A stretch of 63,312 nucleotides of DNA, the filler included, from Stramenopiles sp. TOSAG23-3 (lineage: Eukaryota): assembly GCA_900128585.1 (NCBI GenBank). It is 10 parts of 10 records of this genome, joined end to end, with 100 filler letters (N's around TTAATTAATTAA, not from the genome) between each part and the next. Parts side by side here need not be neighbours in the genome. Positions count along the whole stretch, not along the records: positions 10,896 to 21,686 come from LT642787.1; 9 more parts are not named here. One strand, given 5' to 3'. The translations under genes were made by a program, and so were the position numbers. The notes under the pieces were generated by a model, which did no database searches, was not told the origin of the DNA, and saw only the letters and a program-made list of their open reading frames with translations. How positions within the stretch are numbered: the stretch's first letter is position 1; every line of letters begins with the position of its first letter. Shown piece by piece: positions 10,896 through 21,686 of the stretch.

Positions 10896-12174
10896 TTATA
10901 CTTTTTACCTGGAATAGAAAGAGGAGTAAATAATTTTGCCCACATTTATAAATAAGGTTATGTATTGAATTAATTATATTATTACAATATTAAATAGTAT
11001 ATATATAATACATATAATATATACAAAACATTATATAGAATACACGTAATTAGAAGTGCCTTGATGACGCAATTTTTTATTTTTTTAAGACTGAAGAAAC
11101 AAACAAAGCAAAAGCGCTTCCTTCTCCTTCCTCCTCCTTCTCCTTCATCTTTTTTAGAAAAAAAAAAGAAGATCGATCATCAAAACAACTTTTATAGAAA
11201 TCGAGAAGAAGAAAATAAAAGAAGAAGAATTGAAGAAACTATAATTATTAATGAATCGATCATCTTGATAGATAGGGTTTTTAGCTAAATAGGACTACGA
11301 TGTGTATTACTTATTAATCAGCATAATAATGAAAAGTACGAGGCGAATGATGAAACAAAGTAAAACCGTCGAATTTCATAATAAAAATATGGTAGAAAGA
11401 GAAACGAATAAAAATAGAATTTTTCTCACATCCGTTTCACGCCCAAAATATTTAGGTAACAATTCCATTTAATAATCACAGGTCACAGCATAATAAAATA
11501 GATCACACGCATTCCCCAACGTTTCACATATGATTGGAATTTAAAAAAAAAAGACAGTGTACATAATAGTATTTCTATATAATTAATAAACGATTAGATA
11601 CTAGATAGTCGTTCTAGTATTCGTAGATATATACGAAGTGTGATAAGAGTATCTCTATTATTATCCGCCTATGTCAAAATAAAAATCTTTTGATACGAGG
11701 CATCGCCGCTTCCGTAAATTAAGGATAAATATAGATAAATACATATTCCATTTTTGTTTAACCGTATGAATGATATAAAGGTTTAAAGTGTGATAAAGTA
11801 TGGAGATGATGTACAGAACCCTTTCCCCTTAATTATCGATCGAAGAGACATAATTTTTTTCTTTAAATATAATCGTTTATCTCTTCACAAAACTAACATT
11901 GGGATAGCATAGATATATATGAGAGTATATAACTCCTCTTTTTATTATTATATTTAACATGAAGAGAGAAGGGGAAGAATATACGTACCGCCGACTTTTG
12001 TGGTTGGAGAAGAAAGGATTTTATTCCTACGATGAAAAAGGAAATTGGCAACCAGTGCGGAACTACAGAAATCTACTTTCTTGAGCAAATACAAAACAGA
12101 TAGTTTTCACTAAGAAAGTTATCGCTTTATTACTTCATTGGAACGGAAGCAGACAGAACACAAACGCATTCAAA

Positions 12175-15018
12175 ATGGGATGTGGTGCATCAGCTGCGGC
12201 ACCGCCACTCACCCCGGGCGGTGGCACTGCAGAGTACAATACGGGTGGCGGTGCTCAAGCGGTTGCCTCGAGCGGCCCTGCCAGCCAGGGTGTAGAAATG
12301 GACGACGAAGTTGCGCAGCAGACTGCGGAACTTCTTTTTGATCTGTTGCCTTACTACGACACGGGTAACACGGAAGCAGACCAGATCTTTTTGGCCACCC
12401 TTCAAGCGCAAAGCATGTTGGTGCATGCGCGAGATCCTCACGGAAACACTCTCCTCATGGTCGCGTGCCAGAGCGTGAAGTCGGACTTGATCGAATTGAT
12501 GATTGAAAAAGAGGTTGATGTGAACGCCCAGAACTACATGGGCGTGTCCGCACTCCACATCGTTTGTTACGAAGTCAACGACAAGTCTTATACCCTGTGC
12601 GAGCAGCTCATTACGGCAGGTGCGAACACGGATGCCCGGGACGCCGAAGGGTGCACCCCCGTTCACTACGCAGCAAGTGGAGGGCACGCGTCTCTCGTCG
12701 CTTTGCTTTTGATGTACGGAGCCAATGCGGTTGCCGTTGACAACATGGGATACACGGCGCAGGACTATGCCGTGCAGTCCAATCACTCAGAGGTGGTACA
12801 GCTTCTTTACCACGCCGCTGGGGCCGAGGAGAACCCAAAAGAAGAAGAAGAGACATTGATCGAAGTTGCAGCAGACTTGTGGACGGAATATTTGGACCCA
12901 GCGAGTGGATGCCCGTACTACTACAATTCGTTGACGGGGGAAACTACTTGGGACAGACCAGAATCCTTCGAGTCCACCATCGCAGACCTTGCTGCAGATG
13001 CCCTGCGCATTACACAGCAAGAGAACGTCGAAAAGGCCCAAGCGGAATACGACAATCGAGGCGAGGGAGAAATGAAGGTCGCTTTTCTACTGGAGCGCTG
13101 GCGAAGGATTGCATGGAGGGCCGGTATGAAAGGTGTCATGGACAAGCAACGCAAGGCTACGCGAAAGTTCGCGATGGAGCAAGCCAAGGCACGAATGTAC
13201 CTCCTCGAGAATGGGACTTCGGACCAGCAGGCCAGTGTTCAAAAAGAATTGAAAATGAACAAAGCCGAAATCGAAAAGCTGAAAGAAAAGCTGAAGGAAA
13301 AAGATGCCCAAAAAGCCGTTGTTGTAAACGATTCAGAAATCCAGCGGTTGCGAGCTGAGCTCGAGAAGAAGAACAGGAATGGCAACCTGAACATGGACGC
13401 AATCAAAAACAAAATGCGGAAAGAGTTTGAGGACGAGTTTCAGCAGCAGAAGCGGCAGGCCATGAAAGAAATCGAAAGCCGGCAAGCAGAGAAGGCGAGC
13501 GCAATGGCCCAAGCACTCGCTGCGAAAGACAAGGAGGTAGGCTCCATGAAAGAAAAATTGGAAATGGCGGAAAAGTTGAGCAAGCAGAAACTTCAGAGCG
13601 CCGACGAGGCGGCAAAGAGGCAGGGTGCGTTGAAGAAACAAAACGACGAATCGGCACGAAAGGTCGCGGAAATGCAGAAGAAACTAGATGCTAAAGACGC
13701 CCAGCTACAGAAAAAGACGAAAGAGGTCGACAAGATTCGTGCTCAATCCGCCACGAAAGAAAGTCAAGTTGCCGCAGAAGCAAAGAAGTTGGCGCAAGAG
13801 AAGGCCCAGCTTGAGAAAGAAAAGGCGCAAATGTCGCTGGAGCTGCAAAACTTGAAGGATGAAAACGCTAAGCTCCGACGCGATTACTTGCACGAACAGA
13901 ACCTTCGCCGCAAGTACCACAACGAAGTCGAAGACTTGAAGGGTGCAATCCGTGTCTACTCAAGAACCAGGCCCCTGTCGAATTCGGAGAAAGAGAAAAA
14001 TTGCAAGGAAGTTACCTCGTTCCCAGATGAGTTCGTTATCAACATTACAGACGAAAACGAGCGAAAGAAAACATTTGAGTTTGACAAGAGTTTTGGACCC
14101 AACAGTACGCAAGAGGAGGTCTTCGGAGACACGAAGCGCTTGATTCAGTCTGCTATAGACGGTTACAACGTGTGCATTTTCGCATATGGCCAGACTGGGT
14201 CCGGGAAGACTTACACCATGATGGGGGCCAGCAACGATGAGAACCCAGGGCTTACGCCCCGGGCCGTGAAAGAGATTTTCCGAATTGGTCGCAGAGACAA
14301 AGACAAGATTAAGATAAACTGTTCGTTTTACATGGTCGAGCTTTATAAGGACGCCCTTGTGGACCTGCTTTCGGACAAGGACGTTGGCGACCAGCCAAAA
14401 TTGAACATAAAGAAAGATTCACGGGGAGTCGTATACATTGAGGGCGTCGAAAAGCGCACCAACATTGAAGACAAAAACGAATTGAACGCGGCAATCGCGG
14501 ATGGAATGTCCAGGCGCAAGACTGCATCCACCAAAATGAACTCCGAAAGTTCCCGGTCTCACCTGATCATGAGCATATTGATTGAAGTAACCAATTTGAA
14601 CACCAACGTGAACACCGTGGGGAAATTGACACTTGTGGATTTGGCGGGATCCGAACGTGTTGGAAAAACGGGCGCCACGAACGATCGATTAAAGGAGGCC
14701 CAGAGTATCAACAAAAGTCTGAGCGCATTGGGAGATGTCATTTCCTCTTTGACAAGCAACCAAAAGCATATCCCGTACAGGAACCACAAGCTTACGATGC
14801 TTTTGAGCGATTCGTTGGGTGGTAATGCGAAAACACTAATGTTTGTAAACGCTTCGCCGGCGGACTACAACACTGCAGAAACTGTGAACTCTCTTCAGTT
14901 TGCGTCCAGGGTAAAGAAAGTCGTTAACCAGTCCACGAAAACCATCGAGACGAAGGAGATCAAAGAATTGAAGAAACAACTGATGGTTTTAAAGGCCGCT
15001 ATGAAGATGAAAAAATAA
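12175..15018 (+). CDS. Kinesin-14 (C-terminal motor, KCBP-like) with acylation motif, ankyrin repeats, WW domain and coiled coil
   Basis: MGCGAS; ankyrin motifs GNTLLMVAC, GVSALHIVC, GCTPVHYAA; WW WTEYLDPASGCPYYYNSLTGETTWDRP; neck RRKYHNEVEDLKGAIRVYSRTRP; P-loop GQTGSGKT, SSRSH, DLAGSER, HIPYR. Confidence 0.93.
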   Translation: MGCGASAAAPPLTPGGGTAEYNTGGGAQAVASSGPASQGVEMDDEVAQQTAELLFDLLPYYDTGNTEADQIFLATLQAQSMLVHARDPHGNTLLMVACQSVKSDLIELMIEKEVDVNAQNYMGVSALHIVCYEVNDKSYTLCEQLITAGANTDARDAEGCTPVHYAASGGHASLVALLLMYGANAVAVDNMGYTAQDYAVQSNHSEVVQLLYHAAGAEENPKEEEETLIEVAADLWTEYLDPASGCPYYYNSLTGETTWDRPESFESTIADLAADALRITQQENVEKAQAEYDNRGEGEMKVAFLLERWRRIAWRAGMKGVMDKQRKATRKFAMEQAKARMYLLENGTSDQQASVQKELKMNKAEIEKLKEKLKEKDAQKAVVVNDSEIQRLRAELEKKNRNGNLNMDAIKNKMRKEFEDEFQQQKRQAMKEIESRQAEKASAMAQALAAKDKEVGSMKEKLEMAEKLSKQKLQSADEAAKRQGALKKQNDESARKVAEMQKKLDAKDAQLQKKTKEVDKIRAQSATKESQVAAEAKKLAQEKAQLEKEKAQMSLELQNLKDENAKLRRDYLHEQNLRRKYHNEVEDLKGAIRVYSRTRPLSNSEKEKNCKEVTSFPDEFVINITDENERKKTFEFDKSFGPNSTQEEVFGDTKRLIQSAIDGYNVCIFAYGQTGSGKTYTMMGASNDENPGLTPRAVKEIFRIGRRDKDKIKINCSFYMVELYKDALVDLLSDKDVGDQPKLNIKKDSRGVVYIEGVEKRTNIEDKNELNAAIADGMSRRKTASTKMNSESSRSHLIMSILIEVTNLNTNVNTVGKLTLVDLAGSERVGKTGATNDRLKEAQSINKSLSALGDVISSLTSNQKHIPYRNHKLTMLLSDSLGGNAKTLMFVNASPADYNTAETVNSLQFASRVKKVVNQSTKTIETKEIKELKKQLMVLKAAMKMKK

Positions 15019-15571
15019 GTAAACACCATGAAGTTATTTTTAGGCTTTTATTATAAAATAATATCGAATAAAAATTTTTTACATAAGAATTCTTACGTTA
15101 TGTTAACTTTAAAAATAGCCATTATTTTTTTACTCGTCTATTATTGAATTTCATCGCAAAAACTTAAAATGTTGTACTTGTAATAATTTCCTATATAAAT
15201 GCGTAGAGTGAAAATAAAAGAGAACTTTTTTTGGTTTTAAAATAATAAGTTTTTTCGCCATTTTCCTTCTTATTCAATGTTATTTTGTGTAACAGTAACT
15301 CCCTGCTAGTTTTTTAATTAAAAAAAAGTTCACACAAAACCGTACAAGATAATTGTTGGTACTACCTTGTACTACTTTACTACGAGGTAGTAGAAATTCC
15401 TCTCTCCTCTCTCGTAGTGGATTCCAACATTCCAACAATTGTTACTGATGTATTGTATTCCATCTAGTCGACTAAAACAGACGATAGAATGACAACAGAG
15501 GAAAATTATTGTTTGCAGCACTAACGTTTAATTATAAAAAAGTTTCCTTCAAGACTCGTATATAAAGAAGT

Positions 15572-16489
15572 ATGGCATCTATTTTAACGAGGGTTTCAGC
15601 CCGTGGCATACACCAAACCCCACTTACCCGGAAGGTATGGACAAACGCGCGGATTCAAGAATGTTTAAACAGGCATACAAGGGTTGCAGACGCCGTCCTA
15701 GCGCAGGACAGTGATAGTAATGGTGGTGCACAGTCGACATTTTCCGTTCTCCCCATATTTGTTCCTTTTAAAGATCTTGCCAAGAACCAGGACTTTTCCT
15801 TCTTGCCTCGTGAACTTGATCCCGACGAACTCCACGCTTGGCTTTTGAAACATGGGTTCGAGGATAAGAAACAACCATTCCCGGATTTTCATTTTGTCGA
15901 ATCCGAGAGTCAGTTACCCGATGATGGCGGCCACAGCAGACTTGTTATGCGCAAACTGTTGAAAAAGTTGTTTGGACAGCTTGATACCGACGGGGATGGG
16001 CAGGTCACACTGACGGAACTGTCTACTTTTTTAAAGGCAAATAAAATCGATTCGACTGATTACAAAAATGTTATGGCTGCATTCCATACCGCTGATTATG
16101 ATGGATCTTACAAGCTGTCCTACGACCAGTTTAAACGGCTGGTACGAGAAACAAATTTGCTGCGGTCTTATGGAACGAAAGAAGGGACGTTTGCACAATT
16201 TTCTGTAAATCAAGGATTGGTTGAAATGATTGCTTCTGAAATCTTTAAGAAAGCGGATTTGGACAACGAGCAGGCGATATCAAAAGTCGAATTGGTGCAA
16301 GTATGGAAAGCCTATCATTTAGGCGACGAGAAGGAAGCATTGGAGGTGTTTGATGAATACGATCTTAATGCAGATGGCCGAATCAACAAAGATGAATTCA
16401 CGGAATTGCTTTTGCGAAAGGGTGTCATTGATATTGCTGAAAATGCAACAGAAATGGAAGAGGGAGGCAATTCTTGTAGCATTCTTTAA
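15572..16489 (+). CDS. EF-hand calcium-binding protein with C-terminal CaaX box
   Basis: EF loops DTDGDGQVTLTE, DYDGSYKLSYDQ, DLDNEQAISKVE, DLNADGRINKDE; ends CSIL. Confidence 0.85.
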   Translation: MASILTRVSARGIHQTPLTRKVWTNARIQECLNRHTRVADAVLAQDSDSNGGAQSTFSVLPIFVPFKDLAKNQDFSFLPRELDPDELHAWLLKHGFEDKKQPFPDFHFVESESQLPDDGGHSRLVMRKLLKKLFGQLDTDGDGQVTLTELSTFLKANKIDSTDYKNVMAAFHTADYDGSYKLSYDQFKRLVRETNLLRSYGTKEGTFAQFSVNQGLVEMIASEIFKKADLDNEQAISKVELVQVWKAYHLGDEKEALEVFDEYDLNADGRINKDEFTELLLRKGVIDIAENATEMEEGGNSCSIL

Positions 16490-17051
16490 AGGAGCACAAA
16501 AAAAAAGGTAAATTTTATAAATTTTAGTCGTCACTAATAATAATATTTTATTATTAGATTTTTTTTTTTCACACAACACCACAACAACAACAAAACCACC
16601 ACCAAAATGAGGAGGGAATAATAAATAAATAACAGCAGAAGAATATTATTTTTTGTTACTGCTGTGTTTATGTCAAGAAAAAGATATTTTTTCCCCCATT
16701 AACCCTAACACTAACCATTTCCTACGATATTTATCACCACACATCACCACCACGAGTGGTTGTCAAAAAAAAAAATAGGTCGACGACGAAGAGGAGGAGG
16801 AGAGACGAAGAAGAAGAAAGAAGAAGAATAAATATTATTAACATGTTATTATACAAACGAAGAACAAAAAAAAGAAAGAAAGCGCTGTAGGCCACAAACT
16901 ATTGTAAAATGGAACAAAAGGGAAATACTTATTTCTAAAGCTTCAGAGAACTACAGTGCTAAATATTGAACGCGTTTCGGTTGCCTCTTGAGAAATAGAC
17001 TCGTTGTTCCAGTTGCCGAGTCACAAACTCTGTATAGCGTGTACCTTCGGC

Positions 17052-20000
17052 ATGGCAGACCGTGCAGACTGGAAAAAGTGTGTCAGCCGCAGCACTGGTG
17101 CACCTTACTACTACAATGCAAGGACGAAAAAAAGTTTTTATTCCGAAAAGGGTTTACCAGACGGTTGGGTGTTTGATTGGAAAGATATAAAGGCGAAAAC
17201 AAAGCGCTACTTTAATATATTTACTTATGAAACTGCAGACACTGTCGACGCTATCCCTCGTGCGGGAGAGTCAGGAAACAAGCCCTCGGCGTCTACCAAG
17301 GCGGCCCCTGCGGAGGCCCCGCCCCCCCGCTCTCGCACCACCCACAGGCGCGCGAGCGGAAGATACCCCCTTTATTGCCGCCAAACGACAAGAGTTGATA
17401 ATAAATATACGGACAGAATTCGCAAAGTTTGTGGAGAATTCTGGTACAATGAACGGAAAGACAAAGACGGCGAAAGCCGTGCTACGCCAGGGGCACTTTA
17501 TCGGTTTGGCGGGTGTCTATGGCCGCTGGGTATTCAACCAAAAACGGAACGAGGGGGGTGGGCAGGGACCCCCTGCTTCCAATATTTTCGCCGGACTTGA
17601 AACATTTGCCCCAAGAGATGGTAGATGCAGGCTTAGACAGGCAGGTAGGGAAAGATGCATCCCTGCTGTTGTCAAAGCACGCAAAGGCAGCGGTTCAAGA
17701 ATTAACGGACCTTGCGAGCGATGAAGAGCAAAGCAAGGATCGTTATTGGGGCAACAACCTGCTTAAAAATTGCGTCGCGGACGAAGGCACCCACGTGGCA
17801 TTGAACGTCGCAAACACATCGTTGAGGATAACAAAGCGCCACTACCAGAAGCTCGAACAGATGTACCGAAGAGACGCACAGAACAGCGCGTCAAAATCCA
17901 TCCGTCGTATATTTTGCGTTCTGCAACGTTACGAATCTTTGAGTGGCGATTCTGCAGGGTTTCAAATGGCGCTGACGGAAGATGTTTTTGACAAGCTTCA
18001 CAATTTGTTTGGAGTCACCCATGAATGCTTTGCCTCCCCATTGAATTGCTACTTCCCTAATTTCTGCAGTCTTTTTTATGACACGGATAGGTTCTTTGGT
18101 AGCAAAGGAAGTTTTTTCGACTTTCATCCCACAGAGGGCTCCTTTGAAGCTAACCCACCGTTCGTCGACGAAACAATGACCGAAAATGTGAAGCATATTA
18201 TATCTTTGTTGGAGAAGTCCCAGAAACCGTTGTCGTTCGTGATCATTGTTCCTGGCTGGGACGACGACGATTGCCAATCTTACCAGATTACAACAGGAAG
18301 TAAGTATTTGAGGGCATTTCTTACGTGGGACAAAATGTCGCACCAGTACAAATCTGGGGTTCAATACAAAATGGACGACAGCACACGGTACAAGGACTCG
18401 AGGGTAAACACGTTCGTATTTATCATGCAAAACGACGCGGGCGCCAAAAAATGGCCGGTGACCGAACAGAAAAAAAAAATGCTGACAGGCTCTTCAAAGA
18501 CGACATCACAAGCAAGGGAAAGGGAAGGTCATGTCACAATGTGGCAGCAGGCTTCTGGTGCAGGCGTTGCCCAACCGGCCGCCGCCCCGTCTTCCAAACC
18601 AGGGAAGCGCAAGCGGGACGAGAACCAGGCATCTGCTGAAGACCATTACAATAACAAAAAGCTGCGCGCAGCGCGTTCGGATGTAAGAAATCGGGAAAAC
18701 CACTCGCTGACCCACTGGTACAAGCTTTCAAACTGGGTAAAAAACACTGTGATCACGTCTCACTGTCCAGAGAGGGCTGCCGTATTGGATTTGGCATGTG
18801 GGGCAGGCGGCGATTTGTTCAAGTTCAAGCGTCGAAAAGTGTCCAAATACGTGGGCGTAGACATTGCGAAGGAAAGCCTGAAAGATGAGATTAATAAAGT
18901 GAACGACGACCCAAGCATAGCGTTTCCCATTCGACTGGCACATGCAGTGTTGGGAACAGACGATTTAGTAGGGGAAGACGCGAAGCTTGATGTTTGGTCA
19001 TCTGACACCCAGACTTGGACCCCGGACAGCCCTCTGCTACTGGATGGGGAGGGTTTTAATCTTGTTTCGATGCAATTTGCACTTCACTACATGATGGAAA
19101 GTGCTGATAGATTAAGACAGTTTTTCAAGTCGTGGAGTGACAGCCTGAGGCCAGGCGGTTTTTTTGTTGCAACGAGTACAGATGCCCATTCTATGGCGCA
19201 GATCATGTCCCAAAACCCCCCGAAGACAGATGGGACCACGGAAATAGAGCTGAAAGACGGTGCAGGTCGTGTGAACTGCAAGATTACGTTTCCAAAGGCA
19301 ACGCGGGAGGCTATGTTCAAAGGAAATTGTAAATCCACTTGCGACTTTGGAATGACCTGTAATTTTCAATTGACCGAACACCGCGACAATGGCGAAGCAA
19401 TTGACGCTGTAAACGCGACAGAATGGCTTTTGCCAGTGGAGGCCGTCGTTCAAATCGCTGCAGAATTTAACTTGGAGCTTCGAAGCAACACGAGGTTTGA
19501 TCAATACATGCATCAAATGAGTAGGCAGGTCCCTGAATTCAGCCAGTTGCTTGCCAAAATGAAAGTAGCAGGGTTGCGGCAGCACGAGTGGAGGCTCGCC
19601 AGCCTATACACTGTCCTGACGTTCCAGAAAAAGCCCACCAATCGGGTAGCAATAATAGTCCCATTCCGCGATTTGCATGCTGCGCAAAAACGGAGTGCTC
19701 ACCTTAAGCAGTTTATCCCGTTCATGGTCTCGTACCTGTCCACGGCTAGAATCAGTTTCAGAATATTTATTGTAGAGCAGTCCAATGATGGCAAGAAATT
19801 CAATCGTGGAAAGCTGCTTAACACCGGGTTTGACATTGCCAAAAAAGAGGGGTATACAAGTTTCATATACCACGATGTAGATTTGTTACCAAGTGAAAAC
19901 CTTTTGCCGTACTATGCCACTTATCCGCAGCAACCCATTCACATTGCGAGGGTTTGGGAACGCTACAATGCAAATCCTCATTATTGTGGCGGCATTGCAT

Positions 20001-20413
20001 CTTTTAACAAAGCTGACTTTGAGCGCATAAATGGATTCCCGAATAATTTTTGGGGATGGGGCGGGGAAGACGATGAAATGCAGCTGCGAATGCAAGCATG
20101 CCAGCTGATATTTGCTTGCCCGCAGGTTGGCGAGATCCAAGATCTGGAGTACATGACCTTGGCGGAAAAATTGGCGTTCTTGAAGCAGCAAAAGCTAGGG
20201 GCACGTGATAACTCTTGGAAGTGTATGGTGAAAGAAGAACTGCTGAAAGAGCATAAAGATACCTGGCAGAGCAATGGTTTGTCTGACTTGAAGTACAAGG
20301 TTCTGAAGTCTACTAAATCTTTGCATTCCAGTGGCCTCGCATCAAGGGTCACCGTCGAATTGCCTTTGAACGGTCACTGGTCTGACACCAAAACCGAGTG
20401 GGGCGATAAATGA
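17052..20413 (+). CDS. WW-WW / PCIF1 (CAPAM) m6Am methyltransferase / RNMT cap guanine-N7 methyltransferase / GT7 glycosyltransferase fusion; two +1 frame changes in the 5' part
   Basis: WW at ATG 17052 (WKKCVSRSTGAPYYYNART; LPDGW); PCIF1 motifs RQELIINIR, RWVFNQK..DPLLP, HECFASPLN, GSFEANPPF; RNMT motifs NWVK, VLDLACGAGGDLFK, GVDIA, SMQFALHY, LRPGGFF, EWRLASLYTVLTFQK; GT7 motifs VAIIVPFRD, FNRGKLLN, HDVDLLP, INGFPNNFWGWGGEDDE. ORFs 17004, 17227 and 17513 join near the C7 run (17322-17328) and G6 run (17553-17558), giving ~1119 aa. Confidence 0.88.
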
Positions 20414-21142
20414 AGAAGAAAAAAAATATTCGTACACGTACAATTGGAAGTTTTCTATTTTCTTTTTTTCAGTGTGATGTTTGTTGCTGTTTGGTTCGTT
20501 TGCCTTCTCTTCTATTTCTAAAAAAAATAATCTTATAGTACATGCTTTTTAATTTTTCTTAATCTTGTACTTTGTATTAAGATCTGAAATAAGCAGAGGC
20601 AAACGTTTAAAACAATTCAAAAATGTATGAGATTACATTGAATATTAATATCGTATTAGTATTGTATTATAATACCGAATATTTTATGATTATTTAATTT
20701 ATCATCTGATGATATCCCCCTTGTTTTTATCTGCAATAAAGAGTGAAAAGAGTATACACTATAAAAGTCCGTCCGTCCGCCAAAATCCGAACTGAACAAT
20801 TTTAGGTGCTGTGTACCTTTTAACGCTCTAATAATCCGAACTAAACTTGAAAGAAGAAGAGATCATTTTTGTCTAACTCTCTCATGATTTCATTACGGCG
20901 CTAAAAAATGCACTCTCCTTACTAGTATCTCCCCTTCGTATAATTTTTAATCATCTTTCGATCAACAATCTTATTTTTTAACAATTGTAAATAACCTGTT
21001 TTTTAGAGTTCGTACAAAGTATTTCGTACATCAAAACCAAAAAGGTTTAAAGCCATAAGAGTCAAATTGATTGGTTCAGTTTTTCAACGAAGATAAAAAA
21101 TATCTAACAACCCGGAAACGAAAGTAAACTTAACACCGCAAT

Positions 21143-21686
21143 ATGGAATCACAAGCAACACGCACGAACCCCAGTGAGAGTGAGAACCCGAAGAAGAACC
21201 CTCTTCGAGCGCACTTGGAAGTTAGTGCGGCAGAGGAGAATCCAGAACAGACCAAATCCAAATGTTCGTGGGTGCCATGCACCCGTGTTTGTGTACTGGA
21301 GAAGAAGTTGGGGTGCAAATATTTACGAGCGCTATGGGGGAGGGAGAGTCTAACCATCTTTCTGTTGATGAATCTGATAGGTTCCGGTCTAATTTACATA
21401 TTCCAGGCATTTACTGGAGGTTTGTACAGAGAAGGCCTTTGGGTTTTCTTTGCAATGGGAGTATTTGCGTATTTGCTTGCATGTCGAATATGGGTGAAAA
21501 GTTTGCTGGGCGCATACCCAAAAGCAACAGCCCAAAACGAACGGAAAACCTGGATGAAAGTATTTTATACCATCATTGCAACCGCGCACATTTGTTTTGC
21601 ACTCGTGAACACTTTTTTTGTACTTCTGCTAAGTCGTGAAGTTATTTGGCGGATAATTTTTATATTATCTTCATTAAGTATAGCAC
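21143..21686 (+). CDS. Multi-pass membrane protein, 3'-truncated at contig edge
   Basis: About four hydrophobic segments; ORF runs into the N spacer. Confidence 0.5.

Noticed and set aside
16699-16717. Telomere-like taaccctaacactaacc (also ~57810-57822)
   Set aside because: Only two or three degenerate units, internal; not an array
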